Source of the DNA: a virus
DNA length: 64,000 nt
IMG/VR virus record: IMGVR_UViG_3300030099_008032
Location: 4,583 to 68,582 of that record
Direction: 5' to 3' (one strand)
In this document: positions 41,079-49,211 of the stretch, piece after piece
How the letters are laid out: every line of letters begins with the position of its first letter
How positions within the stretch are numbered: position 1 is the first letter of the stretch
Notes under the pieces: generated by a model
Told to the model about the DNA's origin: nothing
The model's database searches: none
What the model saw: the letters and a program-made list of their open reading frames with translations, nothing else
Translations under genes and position numbers: made by a program

Positions 41079-41610
41079 TATACAGATGGACCCCAGGGTC
41101 CGCCTTAAGGCAAGAAGGACACTAGATGGAAAAATAATGATTTTCGACCATGAAGATATAGACATTATTTTATCACCCAGCGATAAAAAGTGCATTTCTT
41201 TCCCCAAGGACCAACTTACTGACAAGGTGTACGAAGCTCAGGACCGAATGTTTAACTTTCTCAGCCGCGCCGGCGTTATTGATAAGGCTACCATCAGGGG
41301 GGGGAACATCCACGGTTCTTTGGAGGCTAGTATCCTAGAGAGCTCCATAAAAGGTATAGACGAGACACAGGCTTTTATATATTCTCTAGATAGATATCTA
41401 AATGATGAAAAGCCTTACTTCACCAGTAGTAAGAAACTTCAAGATGACTACTTGGACAGCCTGCTCAAGCCGGATGCAGAAGACTCAACAGAGTTAGGAG
41501 ATGTACCACATTCCGATAAGAAGGGTTCACATGGCTTTACTAGGGGCCCATACGGATTCATGTACAATTACTCTCTTGTACGAGAACACAACGCAAAAGA
41601 GAAAGAATGA
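41062..41610 (+). CDS. Hypothetical protein
   Basis: ORF 41053..41610; first ATG at 41062 overlaps the previous gene. Confidence 0.55.
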   Translation: MTISVDIQMDPRVRLKARRTLDGKIMIFDHEDIDIILSPSDKKCISFPKDQLTDKVYEAQDRMFNFLSRAGVIDKATIRGGNIHGSLEASILESSIKGIDETQAFIYSLDRYLNDEKPYFTSSKKLQDDYLDSLLKPDAEDSTELGDVPHSDKKGSHGFTRGPYGFMYNYSLVREHNAKEKE

Positions 41611-41903
41611 ATTTAATCTATTTTTCTCTTTGTTGTGCCGGTCTCACACAAATATTGGTTTATGGTAAAATCTTTGATAAAATACGCCCGACCAAGGGCT
41701 GGTTTGGTCAGCTCTTTTCTTGTCCCATGTGCACCGGTTTCTGGTCGGGACTATTTTTGTGGGCAGCAAACAAACACACAGAACTATTTACTTTTGATTA
41801 CTCTTTGACAACAGGGTTATTCTTGGGTTGCCTGGGGTCTCTTGTAAGTTATATTTTTTCTGTATCTTTTACAGATGATGGAATAAGAATTGATAATAAT
41901 TGA
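41607..41903 (+). CDS. Small membrane protein with a CxxC motif (DUF1360-like)
   Basis: 'FGQLFSCPMCTGFWSG' and three hydrophobic segments. Confidence 0.6.
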   Translation: MNLIYFSLCCAGLTQILVYGKIFDKIRPTKGWFGQLFSCPMCTGFWSGLFLWAANKHTELFTFDYSLTTGLFLGCLGSLVSYIFSVSFTDDGIRIDNN

Positions 41904-41912
41904 GGAGTTTTT

Positions 41913-41978
41913 ATGAAGCCTTTCGCTACTATAAGATGGATGATACGCCCAGTTGCTAACTGCTGCAAGGGGTCGTAA
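41913..41978 (+). CDS. Micro-ORF MKPFATIRWMIRPVANCCKGS (21 aa)
   Basis: GAGGAG SD at 41902-41907. In frame with the upstream ORF's TGA. Followed by a GCGGG-loop-CCCGC hairpin. Confidence 0.4.
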   Translation: MKPFATIRWMIRPVANCCKGS

Positions 41979-42016
41979 ATGACGCGGGTAGCCCCCGCTA
42001 AATTGGAAAATTTATT

Positions 42017-42625
42017 ATGAAGTTAATAAGAGAATATTACGAATTATGTGACGGTGGAATTTGCCAAGACTTACTGACAGAGTCAGAAAAGAAGTTTGTT
42101 GCTGAAGGCGGCTGTATTTTGTCTGGGCTGATGCAGGAGGCAGAAGTCAAGAACGGCAACGGTCGAACTTATCCGCTATCAGTTTTGCAGAGAGAAGTTG
42201 CGCTTTATGAGAAGCTCGTTAGAGAGGGGCGCGCCCTTGGTGAGTTGGACCATCCTGAGTCTTCTGTAATCAATTTGGTAAATGCCTCTCATATTGTTAC
42301 CGCAATATGGATGGACGGCCCAAAGTGTTATGGTAAGATAAAGGTCCTGCCCACCCCGTCCGGAAAGATACTGCGGTCGCTAGTAGAAAGTGGAGTATCT
42401 CTTGGCATATCTTCCAGAGGCCTGGGGTCCCTGGAAGAGAGAAATGGAATATCAGAAGTTCAGGACGACTTTCAGTTAATATGTTTTGATATGGTGTCAG
42501 ACCCATCTACACCCGGAGCGTTTATGGGACTCACAGAATCTAAAGACCGCCCAAATATATTTACCAAAAATGACAAAGTCAACAGAGCGCTTGATAATAT
42601 ATTGTATAAGTTCGGCAAGAAATGA
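42017..42625 (+). CDS. gp21: Prohead core protease (T4 gp21-like)
   Basis: 'NGNGRTYP', 'ALGELDHP', 'SHIVT', 'GISSRGLGS', 'FDMVSDPSTPGAF'. Confidence 0.95.
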   Translation: MKLIREYYELCDGGICQDLLTESEKKFVAEGGCILSGLMQEAEVKNGNGRTYPLSVLQREVALYEKLVREGRALGELDHPESSVINLVNASHIVTAIWMDGPKCYGKIKVLPTPSGKILRSLVESGVSLGISSRGLGSLEERNGISEVQDDFQLICFDMVSDPSTPGAFMGLTESKDRPNIFTKNDKVNRALDNILYKFGKK

Positions 42626-43035
42626 AAAAATCAGAATTAAAAGCACTCATTAAGCAGTGTGTTAAAGAAGCATTATTCGAAGAAGGCGTCCTCTCGGAGA
42701 TTATTGCAGAGGTAGCTTTTGGGCTAACGAAGGCCCAAACCATAATGCTTGAGCAAAAATCTAAAAAAGAACCGGAAGACTTTACAAAGCAAATTGCTGC
42801 AGAAAGAGAAGAAAACAGCAGAAAGTCTTTGGCAGAAGCAAAAAAGAAAATATTAAACGCTATCGGAAAAGAAAGCATGTCAGGCGTTTTCGAAGGTACC
42901 GAGCCTTTAAAGAGTGCTCCATCACCGTCGGCATCTCCCCATAGCCCTTTGGCCAATAGGGACCCTAGTGATTCAGGAGTAGACATATCTGGTCTCTTTA
43001 GTCTCGCGGGTAAGAAATGGAATGCACTAAAATGA
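42622..43035 (+). CDS. Hypothetical prohead-associated protein
   Basis: 137 aa; N-terminus 'MKKSELKALIKQCVKEALFEEG'; ATGA overlap with the protease gene. Confidence 0.6.
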   Translation: MKKSELKALIKQCVKEALFEEGVLSEIIAEVAFGLTKAQTIMLEQKSKKEPEDFTKQIAAEREENSRKSLAEAKKKILNAIGKESMSGVFEGTEPLKSAPSPSASPHSPLANRDPSDSGVDISGLFSLAGKKWNALK

Positions 43036-43059
43036 AAACAGAAAAAAGGATACTTTAAA

Positions 43060-43299
43060 ATGGGAAAGAGAACTCCAGTACACGCAGAAGTGTATATAAG
43101 AGACCAGCAGCAGTTTGAGAGAATGCTTAAAAAGTTTACTAAAAAAGTAAAAAAATGTGGTATTCTTGATGAAGTCAAAGAAAGAAGATACTATACAAAA
43201 CCTTCAGTTAAAAGAAGAAACAAAAAATTAGAAAAGAAGAGACTAATTAAAAAAGCTGTGGAAAAAGAAAAAAATAAACTTTCCAACGAATATAAGTAG
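43060..43299 (+). CDS. rpsU: Phage-encoded ribosomal protein bS21
   Basis: 'FERMLKKFTKKVKKCGILDEVKERRYYTKPSVKRR' matches the bS21 consensus 'E.ALRRFK......G...E.R.R..YEKPS..R'. Confidence 0.88.
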   Translation: MGKRTPVHAEVYIRDQQQFERMLKKFTKKVKKCGILDEVKERRYYTKPSVKRRNKKLEKKRLIKKAVEKEKNKLSNEYK

Positions 43300-43311
43300 A
43301 GGTATTATATA

Positions 43312-43779
43312 ATGGCAGGCAAAGGATTTAGTCACACACCAAACGCAGGAGAGTTCAGAACTGCGTCAAGCTGGGGTCGAACTCGTAGACCAAAAAATTT
43401 AAATGGTGCTAGTTCCACTGCCCAGGCCCAGATAGGAAAGGTCGCCGGCGCTAAGACCGCGGCCCCTACAGTTGTCGGCGATGGACACGTAACTGAAAAT
43501 CAAAGGTATTTGCACCTCGCTCTCATAGCCGATGCAACTGTGGCGACTAGGCAAATTACAGTCTGGGCGTGGAGCCATGCGTTTGAAACCTGGGCAATTC
43601 TTAGACCTGTCGGCACACCGGCCACCAACGCAGTTATCGGAGCAACCGCATCACAAGCAAACTATTCAGTGTTTGAGATAAGTGGAGTTGACAAAGTTTA
43701 CTTTCAGGACACTGGAGCTGGTGGAGCTGGGGCCATTCAAGTCGGCGACGAATTTTACGCTGCATGTTCCACATTTTAA
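43312..43779 (+). CDS. Hypothetical virion (capsid-decoration-like?) protein
   Basis: 155 aa; paralogue of the next ORF. ACTAATTA motif at 43242. Confidence 0.6.
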   Translation: MAGKGFSHTPNAGEFRTASSWGRTRRPKNLNGASSTAQAQIGKVAGAKTAAPTVVGDGHVTENQRYLHLALIADATVATRQITVWAWSHAFETWAILRPVGTPATNAVIGATASQANYSVFEISGVDKVYFQDTGAGGAGAIQVGDEFYAACSTF

Positions 43780-43789
43780 GGTTTAAGTA

Positions 43790-44938
43790 ATGTCAAGCTT
43801 TCATACCTACAGCAGCTGGGGCAAAACAAGAGGCACTAAGAATATATTATCGGAAGCCTCGATAACTCCACCCACAAACTTTCCAGCAACCAAAGTGATG
43901 GCATTTGATGGCACTGATGACTTTGTTCGTGTGTCGGATGACGATGTTTTTACATTTACAGATGGCACCCAAAATGTCGGAAGTGATAAGCCTTTCTCCA
44001 TACAAGCTTGGGTAATGATAGACGAGCCTGACCTTAATCTTGATGGCGCAAGGCAGGGTGTTTTTGTTTCTAAATTTCGTGGAAACACTAATGTAGAATA
44101 TTTTTTTGGCCAATTGGATGGCAGAGTGCTTTGGAACCTGTACGATAATAATGCCCCAAACAATACTGATGACCCAGGCCAAGGGCACCCAGCAAAGTCA
44201 TCAAATCGTATTAAAGCTACAAGTGGCGTTATAGCGCATGATGTTTGGAACCACGTAGTTGTTACCTATGATGGGTCAAAACATGAGAATGGCCTAAACA
44301 TTTATGTCAATGCAGTGCTCAACGTCACCGCACGGGAAGACACGAATGACAACTATAACGGAATGGTTAACACTAATTTGGATGTAGTTATAGGGTCTAC
44401 CGATGATGGCAGCGCAGATTTTGAAAAGAAGATGACAAACGTTGCAATGTTCAACAAAGAACTATCAGTAACAGAGGTATCCGAGCTTTATAACAATGGT
44501 CGAGTTTTAAATCTTACAACTTTTAGTGATTATAATAGTGTTATCGCCTGGTGGAAACTTGGAGATGGAGACACTTTACCAACCGCTATAGACTCTAAAG
44601 GCGGCAGAAATGGCACAGTAACAAACGCAACATTGGTAGACGAACCCGGAGCTGCAAGGCCTGGCATATTTGCGACAGATGGATTCTCTACTGAAAATCA
44701 AAGATACTTAAACTTAAGAATATCCGAAGCAGGTGACAACGCACAGCCGGCAGTAACAGTGTGGCTTAAATCTTATGGTATGGGCTATGACAGGTGGGCA
44801 AAGCTAGACACTTTTAGCGGAGTGCAAAACTCTGTTGTTACTCATGTAATAGATATTAACGGCGCCGATAGGGCCCTTCTAATTTGGGACGGTAATGGCA
44901 ATGATGTTAAAATTTCTGCTGGATGTTCAACTTTTTGA
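43790..44938 (+). CDS. LamG/concanavalin-A-like domain protein, inserted in a paralogue of the previous ORF
   Basis: 'AFDGTDDFV...FSIQAWV...WNHVVVTYDG...IYVNA...IG...VAMFNKELSVTEVSELYN...WWKLGDG'. Confidence 0.8.
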   Translation: MSSFHTYSSWGKTRGTKNILSEASITPPTNFPATKVMAFDGTDDFVRVSDDDVFTFTDGTQNVGSDKPFSIQAWVMIDEPDLNLDGARQGVFVSKFRGNTNVEYFFGQLDGRVLWNLYDNNAPNNTDDPGQGHPAKSSNRIKATSGVIAHDVWNHVVVTYDGSKHENGLNIYVNAVLNVTAREDTNDNYNGMVNTNLDVVIGSTDDGSADFEKKMTNVAMFNKELSVTEVSELYNNGRVLNLTTFSDYNSVIAWWKLGDGDTLPTAIDSKGGRNGTVTNATLVDEPGAARPGIFATDGFSTENQRYLNLRISEAGDNAQPAVTVWLKSYGMGYDRWAKLDTFSGVQNSVVTHVIDINGADRALLIWDGNGNDVKISAGCSTF

Positions 44939-44974
44939 CCATTCAAAAAAATCTTTCTCTTAAAAAAACGAAAT

Positions 44975-44982
44975 ACTATTTA
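44975..44982 (+). promoter_or_regulatory. Putative late promoter motif ACTATTTA
   Basis: Intergenic, upstream of the scaffold and major capsid genes. Confidence 0.6.
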
Positions 44983-45040
44983 TTTAGAGAAACTTTTGTT
45001 ATCGGTGTATTAGTGTAATATTTTCGGGAGTTAAAACACA

Positions 45041-46249
45041 ATGTCAAGTTTATTAGAAAGAGCCATTATTGATGCCACAGCGCTTAAGGAAGCTGCCCTT
45101 AAGACCGCAGAAAATACAATAATTGAGAAATATTCCAACGAAGTTAAAGATGCGATGGATAGGCTCTTGGAGCAAGAGGGCGACCCTTTCGCAGCCACAG
45201 ACGCGTCGCTTTCCGACCCAAACCCAATGGGAATGGGCAATATGGAGCTAGATACCGACACCGACATGGGCATGGAAGATGCTGGAATGGACCCCGGCTT
45301 AGAAGATGACCTCGATACAGATACACCAGAAGAGGAAGAAGATAACTTTTTTGACCAAATTCCAACAGGTTTTGACCCGGACCTCACTGACCCAGAAGAT
45401 GAAATCATCAACATAAAGTTAGATTCTCTAAGAGCCGAGCTTCCAGATGAAGAAGAGGTTGGTGTTTTCGGCGGAGATGACGAACTTGAGGATGACGAAA
45501 TTGGAATTGACGTTCAAGACGATGATGAAGAGTTAGACTTTGAAAATGAGTTTGGCGATGACGATGATGGGCTTGAGATAGAAGATGACGATGTTGAGGT
45601 AAATGCAGACGAACTAGAGGGCATGATATCAGAAATCATAAACAACCTAGACCTTGACGACGATACTGATTCCGAGCTTGAAGAAGCCGTCAGGGTTGAC
45701 TTCGAGCCTCAAAAAAGCGGATGGGCAGGAACCCCTGAGTCTATCATGCGCGAATACGAATCTATGTTACTTGCGAGAGAGCAAGATAGCGAAGTAAAAG
45801 AAGAAAACGAAGAGCTGCGCAAAACAGTAGCAGCCTTACAGAAAGAAAACAAAACTTTAGGAACTGTTGCCACAAAATTAAAGGCACAGATAGAAAAATA
45901 CTCTACAACACTTGAAACTTTGCAAGAAAAGTTGGAAACCACGAATGTTTCTAACGCGAAGTTGTTGTACATTAACAGAGCTTTAGAAAATGCCTCCCTG
46001 AATGAGCGACAAAAAGAGAAAATTGTCGAAGCCATTTCAAAAGCCGAAACAATACAAGAAGCAAAGATAGTTTTTGATACACTCGAAGATACAATCACTT
46101 CTTCCCCTGCAGAGAAGAGGTCTGGTGGTTTAAACGAGGCCGTTTCAAGACGTTCAACGTTGCTTGTAAATGCTCGAAGCGAGCAAAGGCAAAAGGTTGC
46201 TAATCCTGTGTATGATAGATTACAGAAATTAGCAGGGATAAAAACATAA
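45041..46249 (+). CDS. Prohead scaffolding/core protein (gp22-like)
   Basis: Very acidic middle region, coiled-coil C-terminus, ends 'RLQKLAGI'. Lies immediately before the MCP. Confidence 0.8.
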   Translation: MSSLLERAIIDATALKEAALKTAENTIIEKYSNEVKDAMDRLLEQEGDPFAATDASLSDPNPMGMGNMELDTDTDMGMEDAGMDPGLEDDLDTDTPEEEEDNFFDQIPTGFDPDLTDPEDEIINIKLDSLRAELPDEEEVGVFGGDDELEDDEIGIDVQDDDEELDFENEFGDDDDGLEIEDDDVEVNADELEGMISEIINNLDLDDDTDSELEEAVRVDFEPQKSGWAGTPESIMREYESMLLAREQDSEVKEENEELRKTVAALQKENKTLGTVATKLKAQIEKYSTTLETLQEKLETTNVSNAKLLYINRALENASLNERQKEKIVEAISKAETIQEAKIVFDTLEDTITSSPAEKRSGGLNEAVSRRSTLLVNARSEQRQKVANPVYDRLQKLAGIKT

Positions 46250-46275
46250 AATAACATTTTTGGAGGTAATATATA

Positions 46276-48111
46276 ATGTCTGTTTTACAGAGACTTACAG
46301 AAGGTGTTGTTCAGCGTAACGTTCAGAAGGAAGGTGAAGCTCTACTTAACAAGTGGGAGCAGACCGGTCTTCTTGAAGGTCTTAACGAGGGACAGCAGAA
46401 GCAGGGAATGGCCGTCCTGCTTGAAAACCAGGCTAAGGAGCTTCTCCGTGAGGCTTCATCTATGGCAGCTGGCGATGTCGAAGGCTTCGCAGCAGTTGCT
46501 TTCCCAATCGTTCGTCGTGTATTCGGTGGATTGATTGCAAACGATTTAATCTCGGTTCAGCCGATGAGCTTGCCATCTGGCCTCATCTTCTTCCTTGATT
46601 TTACGCATGAATCAGCTCGTGGCGGAGCCGCGGCTGGCGAGTCGGTATACGGCGGAAACGTTGTTGCACGCGGCTTGACTGGCGGTGTGGACCTTTCTGG
46701 TCCTGCAGGACGCCTAGGGGCAGACGGCCCAGGTGGACATTACGATATGGGCCATCGCGCCGCTCAGGCAACGGCATCGGTTTTTCTCGCAATAGACTCA
46801 TTCGCCCCGGCCGACGCAACGACTGCCTTGGGCTTGGTCACTGACGTGTCAGCTTCTCTTGTTTCTGGATTAACAGAAGTTCAAAAGAAAGCTATTAGAT
46901 ACGATGCTGATATTCTAGCCGATGGCGGTGTTGTTACAATTTTGGCACACACCGGGACTGTTGCTACTTTAAATGCGAAAATTGGTTCACCAATTGATGA
47001 AGAAGCTCTCGCTGCTTTCGGAACTGATTACTCGCCAGCTGCCGACCGCGCCTCTACTATCGTCCGTCGTCTCACTCGTGTTGAGGGAGATAAGGTAATT
47101 GTAGTTCTTCACGATAAAGATGGCACTGCAGGCCTTGCCAACCAAGGCTTCACATCAGGTTCTATCGGCGGCGGCGGCGCGGGTATTGATGAGGCCATGG
47201 CATTTAAGTTTCCAATCAAGGACGACTTGCAGCCAGGTAATGGTCTTGGGTCTGTTATTGGTCAGGATGTTTGGGGCCTTGAAGAGCCACAGCCTGGTAC
47301 CGGAAATGCTGGTAACAGCGTAGGCAAGAACACGATTCCAGAAATCGACATCAAGGTTGACAGCATCGCTGTTACCGCTCAGACAAAGAAGTTGAAGGCA
47401 AAGTGGTCCCCAGAATTGGGTCAGGACCTCAATGCTTATCACAACTTGGACGCTGAGGTTGAGTTGACTGGTATTCTTTCTGAGCAAATTGCTTTGGAAA
47501 TTGACCGTGAGCTTCTTGGTGAGCTTGTTCAGGGTGCAACCGCCGGTACTCGTTACTGGAGCCGTGCACCAGGTCTTTTTGTTGACAGCAATGGTGCCGA
47601 ACTCGGCGCCCAATCTGCAGCACCTGACTTCACTGGTACGGTTAGTGAGTGGTATGAGACACTCATTGAAACCATCAATGACGTTAGCGCTCAGATTCAC
47701 AGAAAGACACTTCGCGGTGGTGCAAACTTTGTTGTTTGTTCACCAGAAGTTGCTAACATCCTTGAGTTCACCAGTGGTTTCCGCGCAAGCGTAACTGCTG
47801 ACCAGGACCGTGGCACCATCGGTGCTGTTAAGGCTGGTAGCTTGAGCAAGAAGTTCGACGTTTACGTTGACCCATACTTCTTGCGAAACGTAATCCTCGT
47901 TGGCCGTAAGGGTAGCTCGTTCCTCGAAAGTGGCTTCGTGTATGCTCCTTATGTACCATTGCAGGTAACACCAACCATCTTTGGTACGGAAGACTTCGTG
48001 CCACGTAAGGGTGTCATGACCCGTTACGCTAAGAAGATGGTGCGACCTGATATGTATGGCCTTGTTGTTGTACGTGGTCTCCTTGGTGAAGAAGGCAAGA
48101 CTGCCGTTTAA
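46276..48111 (+). CDS. gp23: Major capsid protein (T4 gp23-like)
   Basis: 'FPIVRRVFGGLIANDLISVQPMSLPSGLIFFLDF', 'TAQTKKLKAKWSPELGQDLNAYHNLDAEVEL', 'YAPYVPLQ', 'GVMTRY'. GGAGGT SD. Confidence 0.97.
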   Translation: MSVLQRLTEGVVQRNVQKEGEALLNKWEQTGLLEGLNEGQQKQGMAVLLENQAKELLREASSMAAGDVEGFAAVAFPIVRRVFGGLIANDLISVQPMSLPSGLIFFLDFTHESARGGAAAGESVYGGNVVARGLTGGVDLSGPAGRLGADGPGGHYDMGHRAAQATASVFLAIDSFAPADATTALGLVTDVSASLVSGLTEVQKKAIRYDADILADGGVVTILAHTGTVATLNAKIGSPIDEEALAAFGTDYSPAADRASTIVRRLTRVEGDKVIVVLHDKDGTAGLANQGFTSGSIGGGGAGIDEAMAFKFPIKDDLQPGNGLGSVIGQDVWGLEEPQPGTGNAGNSVGKNTIPEIDIKVDSIAVTAQTKKLKAKWSPELGQDLNAYHNLDAEVELTGILSEQIALEIDRELLGELVQGATAGTRYWSRAPGLFVDSNGAELGAQSAAPDFTGTVSEWYETLIETINDVSAQIHRKTLRGGANFVVCSPEVANILEFTSGFRASVTADQDRGTIGAVKAGSLSKKFDVYVDPYFLRNVILVGRKGSSFLESGFVYAPYVPLQVTPTIFGTEDFVPRKGVMTRYAKKMVRPDMYGLVVVRGLLGEEGKTAV

Positions 48112-48141
48112 TATTTAATTCTTAAGCAATTAAATGAACTT

Positions 48142-48182
48142 AACCCCCGGACATTGATTTGCCCGGGGGTTTTGTTTTTTTT
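48142..48182 (+). terminator. Rho-independent terminator after the MCP
   Basis: AACCCCCGG / CCGGGGGTT stem followed by a T-tract. Confidence 0.85.
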
Positions 48183-48185
48183 GGC

Positions 48186-48193
48186 ACTAATTA
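48186..48193 (+). promoter_or_regulatory. Putative late promoter motif ACTAATTA
   Basis: Directly after the terminator, upstream of 48265. Confidence 0.55.
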
Positions 48194-48264
48194 TTAGTGA
48201 TGTAATGAACTACCCAGTTTCATGACATGATTATAAATGGTAAAACCAATGGAGGGTTATAAAT

Positions 48265-48699
48265 ATGGGTACTAAAAGAGTAGGTCTCGCGAGAGTCGAG
48301 GCACTAATAGAGAATTTGAAGAGGGACTTAAACCTCACAGGGTCGTCCCTTAGTGGGTTGACCTCGCTTGCTGCAGCTGTACAAACCGTCGCCGCAGCCG
48401 GGGCCAATCAGGGCAACGCAGCTGCTATCGCTGCAACCGCCCCAATAGTTTTGGTCACCGGAGCTGATGATACCAAAGGCGCCCGTCTGCCGGCTTTGGC
48501 TGACGTTGCTACAGGTGCAATTTTTATTATTGGAAACGGCGTGAAAAACAAGGCCTTAAAGCTTTATCCTGCAACTGACGATGAATTCGCTGGCCATGGC
48601 GATAACGCCGGCCTCGTGGGCGGCAACGGCGCAGGGTTTATTGTTGCAAAAATCGACGCGGCCAAGTGGTTAGTTATTGAGTCATCTGTCGTCGCCTAA
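48265..48699 (+). CDS. Small Ala/Gly-rich virion protein (capsid decoration/fibre candidate)
   Basis: 144 aa with a GGAGG SD, monocistronic between two terminators right after the MCP. Confidence 0.6.
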   Translation: MGTKRVGLARVEALIENLKRDLNLTGSSLSGLTSLAAAVQTVAAAGANQGNAAAIAATAPIVLVTGADDTKGARLPALADVATGAIFIIGNGVKNKALKLYPATDDEFAGHGDNAGLVGGNGAGFIVAKIDAAKWLVIESSVVA

Positions 48700-48716
48700 G
48701 GTTTAACAAGCCTTCC

Positions 48717-48752
48717 AAAACCCCCTTCCACTCTTGGTCGGGGGTTTTTTTA
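48717..48752 (+). terminator. Rho-independent terminator
   Basis: AAAACCCCC / GGGGGTTTT stem plus a T-tract. Confidence 0.8.
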
Positions 48753-48799
48753 TTTAAAACCTATTTATTTATGCTACCATTGAAAACAAAGGAGATATC

Positions 48800-49159
48800 A
48801 TGGGTAAGAAATCAAGAAAACTAAGAAGTCCAAAGTATAGAGTGAAAGCTGCAGCACTTAGAGGCACTGTCGCAAAACTAAGTGGACGCGGGGTGATTGA
48901 AATAGACCTAACGACCGGAGAAGAAATAACCGAAGAAGAAACAGTTGTAGTTGTTACTAACAAAGGACCAGAAACAAAAACTACAAAAAAAGAAACAGTC
49001 CCAGCTGTAGAGCCACAGCTTCAAACAATTCAGATTGAAGAACCAAAAGTCAATGCGTTAAAGCAGGTTAAGGCACCAGCAAGAAAAACCACCACTAAAA
49101 CAAAGAAGACAGCCACGCGTCGTAAGCGAACAACTAAAAAAACGACTTCCGCCGATTAG
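48800..49159 (+). CDS. Basic Lys/Thr/Arg-rich protein (histone-H1-like tail)
   Basis: 'KAPARKTTTKTKKTATRRKRTTKKTT'; AAGGAG SD; CCTATTTA motif at 48760. Confidence 0.55.
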   Translation: MGKKSRKLRSPKYRVKAAALRGTVAKLSGRGVIEIDLTTGEEITEEETVVVVTNKGPETKTTKKETVPAVEPQLQTIQIEEPKVNALKQVKAPARKTTTKTKKTATRRKRTTKKTTSAD

Positions 49160-49211
49160 TTCCCTCAAATACTAGTTATAATGAATAACTGTATATAGCG
49201 AGGGACACTAA

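Noticed and set aside
41901-41998. Selenocysteine insertion at the in-frame TGA
   Set aside because: The TGA is not in a redox-motif position, and the hairpin is about 80 nt downstream, too far for a typical bacterial SECIS. Kept only as a possible readthrough or split gene.
48232-48265. T4-type late promoter TATAAATA
   Set aside because: The exact match overlaps the start codon, downstream of the SD. The motif is not recurrent upstream of other late genes, unlike ACTA(T/A)TTA.
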